A DNA stretch of 58,479 nt from a virus. Lineage: Duplodnaviria; Caudoviricetes. The DNA lies in IMG/VR virus record IMGVR_UViG_3300009537_000011, positions 1 through 58,479 of that record; one strand, given 5' to 3'. Below the pieces are notes generated by a model, which worked only from the letters and a program-made list of their open reading frames with translations, was not told the origin of the DNA and ran no database searches. Position 1 is the stretch's first letter, and the number at the start of each line of letters is the position of its first letter. Positions 27,484-37,833 of this stretch are shown here, in pieces. Made by a program: the position numbers and the translations under genes.

Positions 27484-28989
27484 ATGCCTCCAGCATCGGT
27501 TGAGATCTACGAGACGGACGACACGACGCTTGCCACCGGGTTCGCGTTTGGGTCGTTAGGCGCCAACGAAACGTCCTCGACGTGGACGGTACACGTCTGG
27601 AACGCGAACGGCAGCCCATCAGCCGACGAGGCTACGGATGTCACGCTCGACGTGACCGCCAGAATCTCGGGCACCGGTGACTTCGAGTCCGAGGTGTCCA
27701 TCGTTTCGAACAGGATGTTCGAGGCAAGGATCACAGGAGTGGTCGGCACGGGGATTCCACAGCAATCGACCGGGTGGCGAGAGATAGGCAGGGGAAGGGC
27801 GTTACAGCTCGACAACATCCCAGCCGACACGGCGAGAGTTGTCGAGCTGCGAATGGTGACCAACGCATCGCCTCCGAATCTGGACTGGGAGATCGCGTTT
27901 GCGGCGAACTGGGATCGCACCTCGACAGGGCAGGACCAGGGCCACTTCTACACGGGCGGCAACGGTGTCTTCACGGGTGCGGGAGACCTGCGATTCACCG
28001 AGATAGTCTGGGGTGGAGACCTGACAGAGACGGGCACGCCAGACATGAACGTGCAGGTCGCGGACCTCGCCTGGAAGCACAGGGGAATCCCCTACATCAA
28101 GCTGGCACATGCAATCCTCTATACGGCGGCGTCAACCGACAATGCCTACTGGAGCACCCTGTCGGTTGCCGCTGGAACGATAACCGTGACGAACAGCTCG
28201 GAAGAGGCGGACCCGCCGAGCGTAGATAACCGGCCAGCAGTCCCAGATGGCGAGCGACTGCTCGGCTACGTAAAGGTCAACGATACGTCGTCCATCCTCG
28301 ACGCCGACATCGACCAGTCAGATCGCGTCTTCGGTCTCGGGTACGTGTCGACGAGCGGCCTCAACGCGACCGTCCACGCAGTACAGGCCATGGTCGACGG
28401 AAACCTCGTCATCAAGAGATCGACGTCGCTGCTGACGATGCTGGCCAGCTCGGTCAACATGATTTGGCTGCTGCCAAATGGGAACGTGTCAACGACCCTC
28501 GAAGCATCCGATCCACAGGACGACCGGGCGATACCGCTGTTCAAGATCACGACGGACGGGAGCGGCGAGACCGCACGGGAAGACCTGAGGCGATGGATCG
28601 GTCCACCGAGACAAGACCTGGACTTCTTCATCGGTGGGAACCTGACGACGGGTGACAAGGCGTACGGGGTGCTGCCACGCGGGGGCTACCTGATGTTGCC
28701 GCACCCGGTGGAGTTCGCGGTACAGGACAATGGCGTGACGGGCCAGAGTAGGCTCGACGTTCAGTACAGCGAGGCTGGTGGGGCATGGACGACACTGTTC
28801 ACCGGTGGCACAGGGGATATGCCGACGATCGCCCACGATGCGGCAGACCCCATAGACATCAATGGAAAGCCGGAGATTCTGGCGATTCCATTCAACTCCA
28901 GGCTGAGAATCAACATGGACGACGTGCCTAGTGGCACACCATCCGCAGACGCGATGGTCAGGGTGAGAATCGAGGATATCCCGTCATGA
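27484..28989 (+). CDS. Minor tail / baseplate structural protein (501 aa)
   Basis: P.VP.....LG.V.V......I...DI and PL..I.T........D.R motifs seen in phage tail proteins. Confidence 0.7.
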   Translation: MPPASVEIYETDDTTLATGFAFGSLGANETSSTWTVHVWNANGSPSADEATDVTLDVTARISGTGDFESEVSIVSNRMFEARITGVVGTGIPQQSTGWREIGRGRALQLDNIPADTARVVELRMVTNASPPNLDWEIAFAANWDRTSTGQDQGHFYTGGNGVFTGAGDLRFTEIVWGGDLTETGTPDMNVQVADLAWKHRGIPYIKLAHAILYTAASTDNAYWSTLSVAAGTITVTNSSEEADPPSVDNRPAVPDGERLLGYVKVNDTSSILDADIDQSDRVFGLGYVSTSGLNATVHAVQAMVDGNLVIKRSTSLLTMLASSVNMIWLLPNGNVSTTLEASDPQDDRAIPLFKITTDGSGETAREDLRRWIGPPRQDLDFFIGGNLTTGDKAYGVLPRGGYLMLPHPVEFAVQDNGVTGQSRLDVQYSEAGGAWTTLFTGGTGDMPTIAHDAADPIDINGKPEILAIPFNSRLRINMDDVPSGTPSADAMVRVRIEDIPS

Positions 28990-29402
28990 CGCTTGTCCTG
29001 AGATCAGTCAAGGGGACGCCGATCTCGGCGGATGAGTACGACTCCACGGTCGCCTTCAAGCATACGGATACGGGCCACGGGTTGGCCATCGGGGACCTGG
29101 TGCGCCTGGATTCCGGGGCATCGCAGTGGGTGAAGGCCCAGGCAGACAGCTTCGCAAACAGGGCCAGCGGGGTGGTGGTTTTCGTGCCTGACGCAAACAA
29201 TGCGTGGGTCGCGACCCGAGACGGGACGGTATTCACCTGGACGGCTCACGGCAAGGGCGCCACGGGTACGCGGCTGTTTCTGTCCCAGGGGACCGCCGGT
29301 GATTCTGGGGCCGACCCGGTCACTGGTGTGATTCAGGAATGCCTGGTGGTCATCGACGCAAACACGATGATGCTGCACTATGGGCGGTTAGAGGAAATCT
29401 AA
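28986..29402 (+). CDS. Small beta-rich virion protein (head-fibre/cement-like)
   Basis: HGL..GD.VR......W.KAQAD......GVV....D.N......G.......G...G...FLS...AG pattern. Confidence 0.65.
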   Translation: MTLVLRSVKGTPISADEYDSTVAFKHTDTGHGLAIGDLVRLDSGASQWVKAQADSFANRASGVVVFVPDANNAWVATRDGTVFTWTAHGKGATGTRLFLSQGTAGDSGADPVTGVIQECLVVIDANTMMLHYGRLEEI

Positions 29403-32400
29403 TGCGAGTACGGCTGTACCTCTTGATGGTCCTGATAGCCGCCGCGCTGACCGCGCAGACCCATCCGCCGGTCATCGGGGCGACGAGCCTTCCGACGTGC
29501 GACGACACGTACGAGGGTCGGATCTTCTCTATCGAGGACGCGTCCTCGACAGCAGATTGTGACAACACGGGCGGCGGTGACATCACAGCGTTTTGCATCT
29601 GCGAAGAGGACCCGTCGGCGACATTCAACTGGGTGGTCGCCGGAGGGGGAGGCGGTGCGGCGTTGACGGTGGAAGAGGCCGATGCCTCCCCGTCGGTGTC
29701 CAGTGTCGATACGGTGCAGTTCGACCAGGCGGACGGCTTCACCGTGACCGACGAAACGGGCGGGCAAGTACAGATTGATCTGACGCCGAGAGCTGGGGCC
29801 GCGTATTCGCACGCCACCGACTGCACCTCGATCACGACCGGTGTCGCGGATGACATTTGTGTCGAGCTGGACGACGAGACACTCTACTCGTGCCAGCCGA
29901 CTGCCGGTGGATGTGACACCGCCGGGGAGTGGATTCTCACCGGGGACGGCTCCGGCAGCGGGGCCTCGGCGGGAGGGACGGGTGACGTCCAGTACAGCTC
30001 GGATGGCGCGGGAGGCTTCGGTGCCGAGGCGGAGTTCGACTACGACGCCGCCACGAACATCATGGATGTCGACTACGTGCAGGCGGCCGATGGAATCAAC
30101 ACCTGCACAGCCGATGCAATCTCCTTCGGCTTTCAGACCGAAACCGACTGGGGGCTCATCCATAACGACGGACAGACGCAGGAGGCGATCAAGGTCTGCG
30201 TCAACGGCAGCGGTGAGTTCGGGTTCTTTCTGGGGGGGCCAACGCTAGCGTCCGACCAAGCGATCCGCTGGTCCAGCTCGACGGTGATTACGGGAGACAA
30301 CCCGGCGACAGATCTGTTCATGGATCGGCAGGCGGGTGGGGTGCTCGACATCTACACAACGGGGAACGACCCTGGGCAGCTGGCATTCATCGGGCACACG
30401 CAGAGTAGCGACACCATCGCAGACTCTGGTGACGGGAACCCCGCCACACTGACCCTCACGCCGACGGCCAACGTCCACAGAATCACCTGCAACGATGCAG
30501 ACGGGTGTGACATCACCCTCTCTGATGTGACCGACGGCTCGATCGATAACGTGTTCCTCGCGGTGCTCAATATCAGCGCCAACGCGATGAACTTCGACGA
30601 CAGCGCCGGGGTCCAGAACGTGGCGTGTGCGTTCTCAGGGGGGGACCAGACGTCCATATCGTTCTACAGGAACACGGTGGACGACGAGTGGTACGAGGTC
30701 GCCCGGTCCGGCTCGGAGTGCGCCGCTGGCGGCACAATCACGGTAGAGGAGGCTGACGCCTCGCCATCCGTGTCGAGCGTCAACACGGTCCAGTTCGATC
30801 AGGCGGATGGGTTCACGGTCACCGACGAGACAGGCGGACAGGTGCAGATCGACTTGAGCCCGAGGGCTGGCGCTGCATACTCCCATGCGACCGATTGCAC
30901 CGCGATCACGACTGGCGTCGCCGACGATCTTTGCGTCGAGCTGGACAGCGAGAACCTCTACAGCTGCCAGCCTACGGCGGGAGGTTGCGACACCGCAGGA
31001 GAGTGGATCTTGACCGGGGGCGGCGGTGGCAGCCCCGGCGGTAGCGACACTCAGGTCCAGTACAACGACGCGACGGCCTTCGGCGGCGACGCTGGCTTCC
31101 TGTTCGACGAAACGAACGACGAGCTGACGCTGGGTCAGGCTGGCACTCAGAGCGGCAGGTACGCACTAGCCGACTCCTCATCCAACAAGACGTGCATGGC
31201 TCAGTCTGGTGATCGCATCTTCCACGACACCGACTGCGACAACACCAAGGACGGCGGGGAGGAGTACATCGACCAGGCCCCGGCGACCTCGGCTGGCGGA
31301 CCGGATTCCCTTCTGATCGTAGACGAGAAGTCAGCGAACTCGAACGGTGGAGCGTCGACGTCCGCGACATGGAACCAGAGGACGCTCAATACGACGCGGT
31401 GGAACACCATCAACGGCGCAAGCCTTTCGTCGAATGAGATTACTCTCGCCACTGGCACCTACTACATTTACGCCTCGGCTCCGGCGTACCAGGCAGATCG
31501 GCACAAGTTGCGACTAAGGGACGCGGGCGACACGACGACCTACGTCATCGGTAGCAGCAACTTCTCTACCGGCACCGGGAACGACGCGACGATCGCAACG
31601 CTTCAGGGGGAGTTCACACTGGGCTCGTCAACGGCCCTCGTGCTGGAGCACTACACCGAGACCGGAGACGGAACCCGTGGACTAGGAGTCGAGTGCAACT
31701 GCACCGAGGTGGAGGTCTTCGCTCAGGTCTACATTGAGGACACGAACACCGGGGGCGGCCCAGGCGACGACATCACGGTGCAGAGCGCCTTCGGCAACCC
31801 CGACAGCCCGATCTTCAACGACACGGCGACGATCGGAGTGACCGCGACCGACGCAGCGCCTGATACCGTCACCTGGGACGTCGTCGACAACTCCATCGAC
31901 TGGCCGCACATCGACTACGTGACGACGCTGACCAGCGACCCCGCGCTGAACGCGGAGGAGTGCTGGTTCTCCGACTCGGGGACCGGCTCCGGCGGCTTCG
32001 CCTGCGAGGGGACCGTAGCCAACGCCAACGAGCAGCTCTACCTCTTCCCCGCGCAGGACGGCGCCGACACGATCCACACCCTCGTCACCGAGGGTCTGGC
32101 CCAGACGCTAACCAACAAGACGATCGACGTGGAGAGCACCGGCAACGACATCACGACGGTCGAGTATCTGTACTTCCAGGTCGCCGAGTGCGTCGGAGCG
32201 GCGGCTCGACTGCTCTGGAACGACGACGCGACCGGACTGACCGCACCGACCGCCGCCTGTAACGACACGGGGTCATTCCAGAGTCCATCCGCCGACTTCT
32301 CCGGCAGCGCGGTCAACTCGTTCAACATGACGCTCAGGATACCGCCAGACTGGGACAGCGCAGAGGCCGTCGACGTTTCGCTTCGGTACGTCATCAGTGC

Positions 32401-32680
32401 TGCCTCGCCGACGGGCAACGTCGAGTGGGATCTCGAAACCAGCAGTTGCAAGGGCGCCGGGCAGTCGTGGAACTCGACCTTCAACGCCGTGCAGACAATT
32501 ACCGATGCGGCAGCCGCGCAGAACGTACTCAACGACGCGGATCAGGCGAGCCTCACGATGACCGGATGCCTGGCAGACGAGGATCTTGTGCTGCGAGTCT
32601 CCCGCGACGGAACGAGCGACACGAACAACGATGACGCCAAGCTGCTCAGCGTACGGGTAACCATGAGAAGGAAGCAGTAG
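29402..32680 (+). CDS. Large modular tail-fibre-like protein with an N-terminal Sec signal peptide and about 28 Cys
   Basis: GAGG RBS and TAATG coupling at 29402; MRVRLYLLMVLIAAALTA-QT; fibre motifs GGSDTQVQYND..AFGGD, W..R.LNT, QTLTNKTI; internal 93-aa duplication. Confidence 0.85.
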   Translation: MRVRLYLLMVLIAAALTAQTHPPVIGATSLPTCDDTYEGRIFSIEDASSTADCDNTGGGDITAFCICEEDPSATFNWVVAGGGGGAALTVEEADASPSVSSVDTVQFDQADGFTVTDETGGQVQIDLTPRAGAAYSHATDCTSITTGVADDICVELDDETLYSCQPTAGGCDTAGEWILTGDGSGSGASAGGTGDVQYSSDGAGGFGAEAEFDYDAATNIMDVDYVQAADGINTCTADAISFGFQTETDWGLIHNDGQTQEAIKVCVNGSGEFGFFLGGPTLASDQAIRWSSSTVITGDNPATDLFMDRQAGGVLDIYTTGNDPGQLAFIGHTQSSDTIADSGDGNPATLTLTPTANVHRITCNDADGCDITLSDVTDGSIDNVFLAVLNISANAMNFDDSAGVQNVACAFSGGDQTSISFYRNTVDDEWYEVARSGSECAAGGTITVEEADASPSVSSVNTVQFDQADGFTVTDETGGQVQIDLSPRAGAAYSHATDCTAITTGVADDLCVELDSENLYSCQPTAGGCDTAGEWILTGGGGGSPGGSDTQVQYNDATAFGGDAGFLFDETNDELTLGQAGTQSGRYALADSSSNKTCMAQSGDRIFHDTDCDNTKDGGEEYIDQAPATSAGGPDSLLIVDEKSANSNGGASTSATWNQRTLNTTRWNTINGASLSSNEITLATGTYYIYASAPAYQADRHKLRLRDAGDTTTYVIGSSNFSTGTGNDATIATLQGEFTLGSSTALVLEHYTETGDGTRGLGVECNCTEVEVFAQVYIEDTNTGGGPGDDITVQSAFGNPDSPIFNDTATIGVTATDAAPDTVTWDVVDNSIDWPHIDYVTTLTSDPALNAEECWFSDSGTGSGGFACEGTVANANEQLYLFPAQDGADTIHTLVTEGLAQTLTNKTIDVESTGNDITTVEYLYFQVAECVGAAARLLWNDDATGLTAPTAACNDTGSFQSPSADFSGSAVNSFNMTLRIPPDWDSAEAVDVSLRYVISAASPTGNVEWDLETSSCKGAGQSWNSTFNAVQTITDAAAAQNVLNDADQASLTMTGCLADEDLVLRVSRDGTSDTNNDDAKLLSVRVTMRRKQ
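29666..31018 (+). repeat. 279-bp internal duplication (29666-29944 and 30740-31018)
   Basis: TVEEADASPSVSSV.TVQFDQADG...GGCDTAGEWILTG occurs twice, with mostly synonymous differences. Confidence 0.9.
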
Positions 32681-32682
32681 CC

Positions 32683-33201
32683 ATGAAGAGATCTCTACTC
32701 CTCGCACTCCTGCTCCTGGCGGCTCCCGCCTGGGGCGGCATCACCGACAATGGCGACGGGACCAGTACGTTCTGGTTCTGCTCGACCGACGCCAACGTCG
32801 CCACGCTCCAGACGGCGCTTGAGGCGTTATCTGAGGATGAGGAAAGGGCCAGTATCTACGCGCTGTCGTCCCTCCTGCTTCTGGATGCTGTCGAGGTGAC
32901 CGTGGGCAACGATGTCATCGACACCACCTACTGCGGAGTGCTGGTGACCGGCAAGTCAGAGTGGCGGGTCACCGCCTCGAACGCGATCGCCGGACCGTGG
33001 AGGACGGCGGTGACGAATCAGCTCGGATACCTCGACGTCGAGCCCGCAGACGGCGTGGATGACAGTACCGGGGAGACGAGAAACCAGATGCTCGACCGCT
33101 CGCTGAAGCAGGGCCTGAAGGCGTTTGTCCAGGGTCGATACGTCCAGGACGCACCAGCCCCATCGGTGGCGGATGACTTCGACGATTCGCCGACCTTGTA
33201 G
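32683..33201 (+). CDS. Signal-peptide protein in the tail-fibre block
   Basis: MKRSLLLALLLLAAPAWG- (A-W-G cleavage site); 2 Cys; acidic. Confidence 0.8.
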   Translation: MKRSLLLALLLLAAPAWGGITDNGDGTSTFWFCSTDANVATLQTALEALSEDEERASIYALSSLLLLDAVEVTVGNDVIDTTYCGVLVTGKSEWRVTASNAIAGPWRTAVTNQLGYLDVEPADGVDDSTGETRNQMLDRSLKQGLKAFVQGRYVQDAPAPSVADDFDDSPTL

Positions 33202-33225
33202 ACTTGAAGAGACAGGAGAAACAGC

Positions 33226-35172
33226 ATGGCCATCGGTGACGACTTCACAATCAACGTAGCGGGGGACATCCGGGCGGATTCCCCAGCAGCCACCTACACC
33301 GTCCTGGAGTTGCACCGCTGGCTCCAGGATCTCGCCGACAACCAGTCGACGGCAGGGGCGGCAAACGACATCCTCGACATCACGAGCCTGACGCCGTCGT
33401 CGCGCTCGACCGATGAGATCATCACGCTCATCAACGGCTACAACATCGACGACGCGGCTGCGGAGTGGTTCTACGGCGGTTCGATCAAGCAGGGATCCGG
33501 TGCCACCGAGACCATCTACTCGGGACTCCGGATTCTCGGCAGCGTCATCGACACGGGGACCCAGATCCAGGTGATCCAGGACAAGGCGCTCTACGACGGA
33601 GACGTACCGTTCTGGGGCGACCAGGTCAGCCCGTTCAACGGCGGCGGAGCGGTGCTCGCCCGATTCCTGGTGAAGAGCCGGGAGAACGGCTGCGACATCG
33701 ACGAGCAGAAGATCCTCGTGCAGGCCCGCAACTACGGAGACTCCTTCTCCGAGTTCAGCGTGACGCTGGGCGAGGGTGAGGCGGTAGCAGCCATCTCAAC
33801 GGTGGACGACCCGCAGAACGACACCGCCCAGGGCACGGTGACCGCCTACACCCACGTCACCAACACCGAGGGTTTCCAGCAGATCGACATCGGTGACGGC
33901 AACGGCAATCAGCCCTACTACAGCAAGTGGACCTACGGCGCCGACACCTCGGGCGATCAACTCAAGGGCGTCTGGGAGTTCTGTAAGGATCTGGTCTCGA
34001 CCGGCACGGCCAAGACCATCCACGGCATCGACGGCGAGCTGTTCCGGGGCATCACCCACACCTATGTCTACGACAACATCAGCGGCAACTTCGCGGAAGA
34101 CGAGGAGGTGATCTGGGGCACCGGGGTGACCTACGACACGCTCGCGGGCGGCACCTTCACGGTCGGCAACTACATCCGGTTCGGCACCGGGGGAAACGCC
34201 GGTCGAATCATGTACGACAACGGCTCGACGTTCTGCATCGTCGCGCTGGAGGACATCTCCGGCACCAAGACCCCGGTGGATACCGAGGTCATGACAGAGT
34301 ACGCCGTGGGAACTGGCGCGACCGGCGTCACCGCTGCCGTCGATACCACGACGCCCGTAGCCGATCCGACGAAGGCCGGGGGCCTGGGGCTCCTCCTCGC
34401 CGACGACGAGACGGGGCTCAAGCATCACATCCAGCTACGCCTCGGCAGCGCGCCCGTCAACAACCTTCCGGTTCGCGGGCTGACCAGCGCCGCGACCGCA
34501 GACGTCAACGCAACGATCACGGCACGCACGGTCAATCCGGTGTTCCTCGGCTCCTACGTGGGCACCATGATCGGAGGCTTCGGTGTCGGATTCCTGCCAG
34601 CCGACCTCACGGCGAGCGACACGGTGATCGACCTCGACGGTGACACCAACACCCCGCCGAACAACGTCACCTGGACCCTTGGCGGACTGGTGAGCGGCGA
34701 GGACTACGTGCTCGTCGGCCCGAAGGCGGCAGGCAACGACTTCCTCTGGGCGCATCAAGCCCTGAATGCGACGATGAACACCGGCACCGAGACGAGCGTC
34801 GTGGTGACGGCGATCCCCGACAATACGCCTCAAGTCGGAACGCTACGAATCACGCTCGACGACGGGCGCAGGCGTCGGCAGGCGTACACGTCGCACAACG
34901 GCACGACCACCTACACGATCGCCAGCGCCGACTACCTGGACCCCGACGACGCGACCACGGGCAACGACGTGATGTCGAGTTATCTCGATCTGTTGGCGAC
35001 CTCGGGCGAGGAGGCGTTCACGACGATCTTCGACTCCGCCGATGTGCTGTGGGTGCGGGTCAGGGACGGAGGCGCTGGCAAGGGCGACACACCGATCAAG
35101 ACCTTCGAAGTGCAGTCCAACCTGAGCGCCACCGGCGGCTCGGCGACCGCAGTTCGGATTGAAGACGACTGA
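33226..35172 (+). CDS. Beta-rich virion structural protein (648 aa)
   Basis: AGGAG RBS; Thr/Gly/Asp-rich; lies in the fibre block. Confidence 0.8.
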   Translation: MAIGDDFTINVAGDIRADSPAATYTVLELHRWLQDLADNQSTAGAANDILDITSLTPSSRSTDEIITLINGYNIDDAAAEWFYGGSIKQGSGATETIYSGLRILGSVIDTGTQIQVIQDKALYDGDVPFWGDQVSPFNGGGAVLARFLVKSRENGCDIDEQKILVQARNYGDSFSEFSVTLGEGEAVAAISTVDDPQNDTAQGTVTAYTHVTNTEGFQQIDIGDGNGNQPYYSKWTYGADTSGDQLKGVWEFCKDLVSTGTAKTIHGIDGELFRGITHTYVYDNISGNFAEDEEVIWGTGVTYDTLAGGTFTVGNYIRFGTGGNAGRIMYDNGSTFCIVALEDISGTKTPVDTEVMTEYAVGTGATGVTAAVDTTTPVADPTKAGGLGLLLADDETGLKHHIQLRLGSAPVNNLPVRGLTSAATADVNATITARTVNPVFLGSYVGTMIGGFGVGFLPADLTASDTVIDLDGDTNTPPNNVTWTLGGLVSGEDYVLVGPKAAGNDFLWAHQALNATMNTGTETSVVVTAIPDNTPQVGTLRITLDDGRRRRQAYTSHNGTTTYTIASADYLDPDDATTGNDVMSSYLDLLATSGEEAFTTIFDSADVLWVRVRDGGAGKGDTPIKTFEVQSNLSATGGSATAVRIEDD

Positions 35173-35191
35173 CACAGACAAGGACAGCGCC

Positions 35192-35701
35192 ATGAAACAG
35201 CTCGTAGCACTCCTCATCGGTCTCGCATTCACCTCCGTCGCGTGGGCGGCGGAAGACTTCATTCTGTGGAACAACGCGACCTTCACCAGTCCGTTCGACG
35301 ATGGCGTCATCGCCACCTCGGCAGAGATCGCGAACAACAACGGGCTCAACGCTGTTCGGGTGCTCATCGAATACGCGGACATCACGCCCGACGTGTGCGG
35401 CTGCAACATCACCGCCGTTCTGGAGGAGGAGATCTCCAGTGGTATCTGGGTTGCGGTAGCGGCACAGAATCAGCCCTATGGAGTCGAGGGTAACGGGCCG
35501 AGCCGAGTCATCATTCTCTCCCCGTCCGTCGTCATCAATCCCGGTAGCGATTTCGTGATCGAGGGGCCGGACGGCGATACGAAGATTAGCAGCCATCAGG
35601 GGCACGCGCCGGACAAGTTTCGCGTCCGGCTCACGATGCCCTCTCCGGGGTCGCTGACGAGCATCACCATTTCGGGCTACGGTCGGAAGTTCGAGCAGTA
35701 A
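35192..35701 (+). CDS. Signal-peptide, beta-sandwich-like protein in the tail-fibre block
   Basis: AAGGA RBS, ATG 35192; MKQLVALLIGLAFTSVAWA- (A-W-A cleavage site); CGC motif. Confidence 0.8.
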   Translation: MKQLVALLIGLAFTSVAWAAEDFILWNNATFTSPFDDGVIATSAEIANNNGLNAVRVLIEYADITPDVCGCNITAVLEEEISSGIWVAVAAQNQPYGVEGNGPSRVIILSPSVVINPGSDFVIEGPDGDTKISSHQGHAPDKFRVRLTMPSPGSLTSITISGYGRKFEQ

Positions 35702-35717
35702 AAGGGGAGTGCGCTGA

Positions 35718-37553
35718 GTGGCGCTGACGGTTGTCTTCGATGGCACGAACATCACCCAGGCAGAGGCCGCGGACAGCGCGTCCTGGGCTGAGCAGGGCGG
35801 TGGTACCGGCAGTGCCCAGGACGACGATAGTCAGCTCCAGGGCTCCGAGTGCCGAGGCCGAAAGGTATCTGGTGCCACCCTGGGGTTCGCCTTTCAGCGA
35901 GCGACGCTCGATCTCAGCGGAAGCGGCGAGCACGTAGGTATCTGGCTCTACGTCGGAACCCGTGGCGCGATCGACACCAAGGCCAACGGGGGGATGAGGG
36001 TGCGCCTCGGCGGAGGGTCCGACCCGGATACCTCACCGTGGAACGAATGGTACGTCCACGGCTCCGACACGATTCCGAAGACCAACAAGTGGATGCGCGT
36101 CTGGCTCGACGTAGATCGGGGATCGCCGGACAACTCGGCGGGTACGTTCAACGCCAACGACGTCGAGTCCTTCGGTGGCAGCTTCACGGGAGCGGCGATC
36201 ACCGGCAACTTCCGTAACTACTTCATCGACCGGATCGACCGCATGTCCGGGTCAGGAGGACTGACGGGCACGGGGACCGGGGGCACCTTCGCGGACTTCC
36301 TGACCGCCGACGTCGACACCTCGGGCAACGTCTACGGCGTCGTCGAGCGCATTCCCGGCGGGATGCAGATCAACGCTCGCGTGACGATCGGCACATCCTC
36401 CTCGGCGGTGCTGAACGACTCGGGCCTGACGATCATCTTCCAGGATGAACAGTTCTGCGAGTCTGACTTCATGGGGCTCACGTTCGATCTCCAGAACGCC
36501 AGCACCGACGTCGACCTCGCGGATATCAAGATCGCATCGGCAGGCAGCACGAACCTCGGCGACTTCATCGTGAGCGGCACGACCGGAGCCTTCGATGCGG
36601 CTCGCGTCACGATCGACAATCTGCGTATCGTCACCTTCACCAGCGCCTGCTCGTTCCTCGACGGCGCGATCTCGAATTCCGGTCAAATCACCCACGGGGG
36701 TGCAGATCTCAGCGGAACGAAGGTCAGCGGGTACGAAGGAACGGTCGATACCGGAGCCTTGACGTACAACCAGACTGCGGACCCGGACGGCGAGATGGAC
36801 AACATGTCGTTCACCAAGGGAACGGCAGCGACTCACGCCATCGAGTTCGGGACGTCGGCACCGGAGACGATGACGCTGCGCGGGATCGACTTCTCGGGCT
36901 ACAACGCGAGCGACGCCGCAACCGACTCGACGCTCTACGTCGGACGCACGACCGGCACGACGACCATCAACCTGATCGGCTGCACGGGCAACATCAGTTA
37001 CAAGTCAGCTGGCGCGACGGTGCTGCTCGTACCGGCCCCGGTGACGACGACGATCACGGTTCGAGACATCGGAGACGACTCGGTGATCCAGAATGCCGTC
37101 GTACTCCTGGTGGCGGCGAACGGCACCGGCGATTGGGACTACCAGGCCAGCGTGACGCAGATCACGCGCTCCGGCGCGGTCGCGACGGTAACGCAGACCG
37201 CGCACGCTCATACGACAGGAGACTACGTGCTCATCAAGGGCGCGACCGAGGAGGAGTACAATGGCTGCTGGCCCGTCACCGTCACCGGAGCGAATACGTA
37301 CACCTACAGCGTCCCGGGGACGCCCACCTCCCCAGCGGGCGGAACGATTGTCGCGACCGGCGGCATGTTCAACTCGCTCACCAATGCAAGCGGTGTCGTG
37401 ACCGATACCAGGAGCTTCTCTGTAGATCAGCCGTTCACCGGGGTCGTGCGAAGGTCCTCGGCGTCGCCCTACTACATCTCAGCCCCGATTGCCGACACGA
37501 TCGACAAGGATTCCGGGTTCGCACTGACGGTGAGGTTACTTCCCGATGAGTGA
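35718..37553 (+). CDS. Beta-rich virion structural protein (611 aa)
   Basis: GGGGAG RBS; lectin-like N-part, beta-helix-like middle, ITRSG..ATVT..AH...GD.V.I.GA...YNG domain. Confidence 0.8.
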   Translation: MALTVVFDGTNITQAEAADSASWAEQGGGTGSAQDDDSQLQGSECRGRKVSGATLGFAFQRATLDLSGSGEHVGIWLYVGTRGAIDTKANGGMRVRLGGGSDPDTSPWNEWYVHGSDTIPKTNKWMRVWLDVDRGSPDNSAGTFNANDVESFGGSFTGAAITGNFRNYFIDRIDRMSGSGGLTGTGTGGTFADFLTADVDTSGNVYGVVERIPGGMQINARVTIGTSSSAVLNDSGLTIIFQDEQFCESDFMGLTFDLQNASTDVDLADIKIASAGSTNLGDFIVSGTTGAFDAARVTIDNLRIVTFTSACSFLDGAISNSGQITHGGADLSGTKVSGYEGTVDTGALTYNQTADPDGEMDNMSFTKGTAATHAIEFGTSAPETMTLRGIDFSGYNASDAATDSTLYVGRTTGTTTINLIGCTGNISYKSAGATVLLVPAPVTTTITVRDIGDDSVIQNAVVLLVAANGTGDWDYQASVTQITRSGAVATVTQTAHAHTTGDYVLIKGATEEEYNGCWPVTVTGANTYTYSVPGTPTSPAGGTIVATGGMFNSLTNASGVVTDTRSFSVDQPFTGVVRRSSASPYYISAPIADTIDKDSGFALTVRLLPDE

Positions 37554-37833
37554 GACGACTGACGAGATCCGTACGAAGTACGAAAGGCTGAGGAGCAAGT
37601 TCGAGTCCTTGGCCTCGGCATCGCTCACGACCCAGGTGCGCCTCGCGACGCTGGAGGGGGAGATCGCACGGCTGGGGGCCGAGAACAAGCGCCTGTCCGC
37701 CGAGCTGGAAGGCCAGAAGACTCTCGTTCAGATGCTCGGAACAGACGCAAACACCAGATACGACGCCCAGAACGCGGAAGTGGAACGCCTGAGAGGCCTG
37801 CTCAGGAGCAACGGAGTGGCGATAGGGGGCTGA
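37546..37833 (+). CDS. Coiled-coil hypothetical protein
   Basis: ATGAGTGA coupling; heptad pattern. Confidence 0.7.
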   Translation: MSETTDEIRTKYERLRSKFESLASASLTTQVRLATLEGEIARLGAENKRLSAELEGQKTLVQMLGTDANTRYDAQNAEVERLRGLLRSNGVAIGG

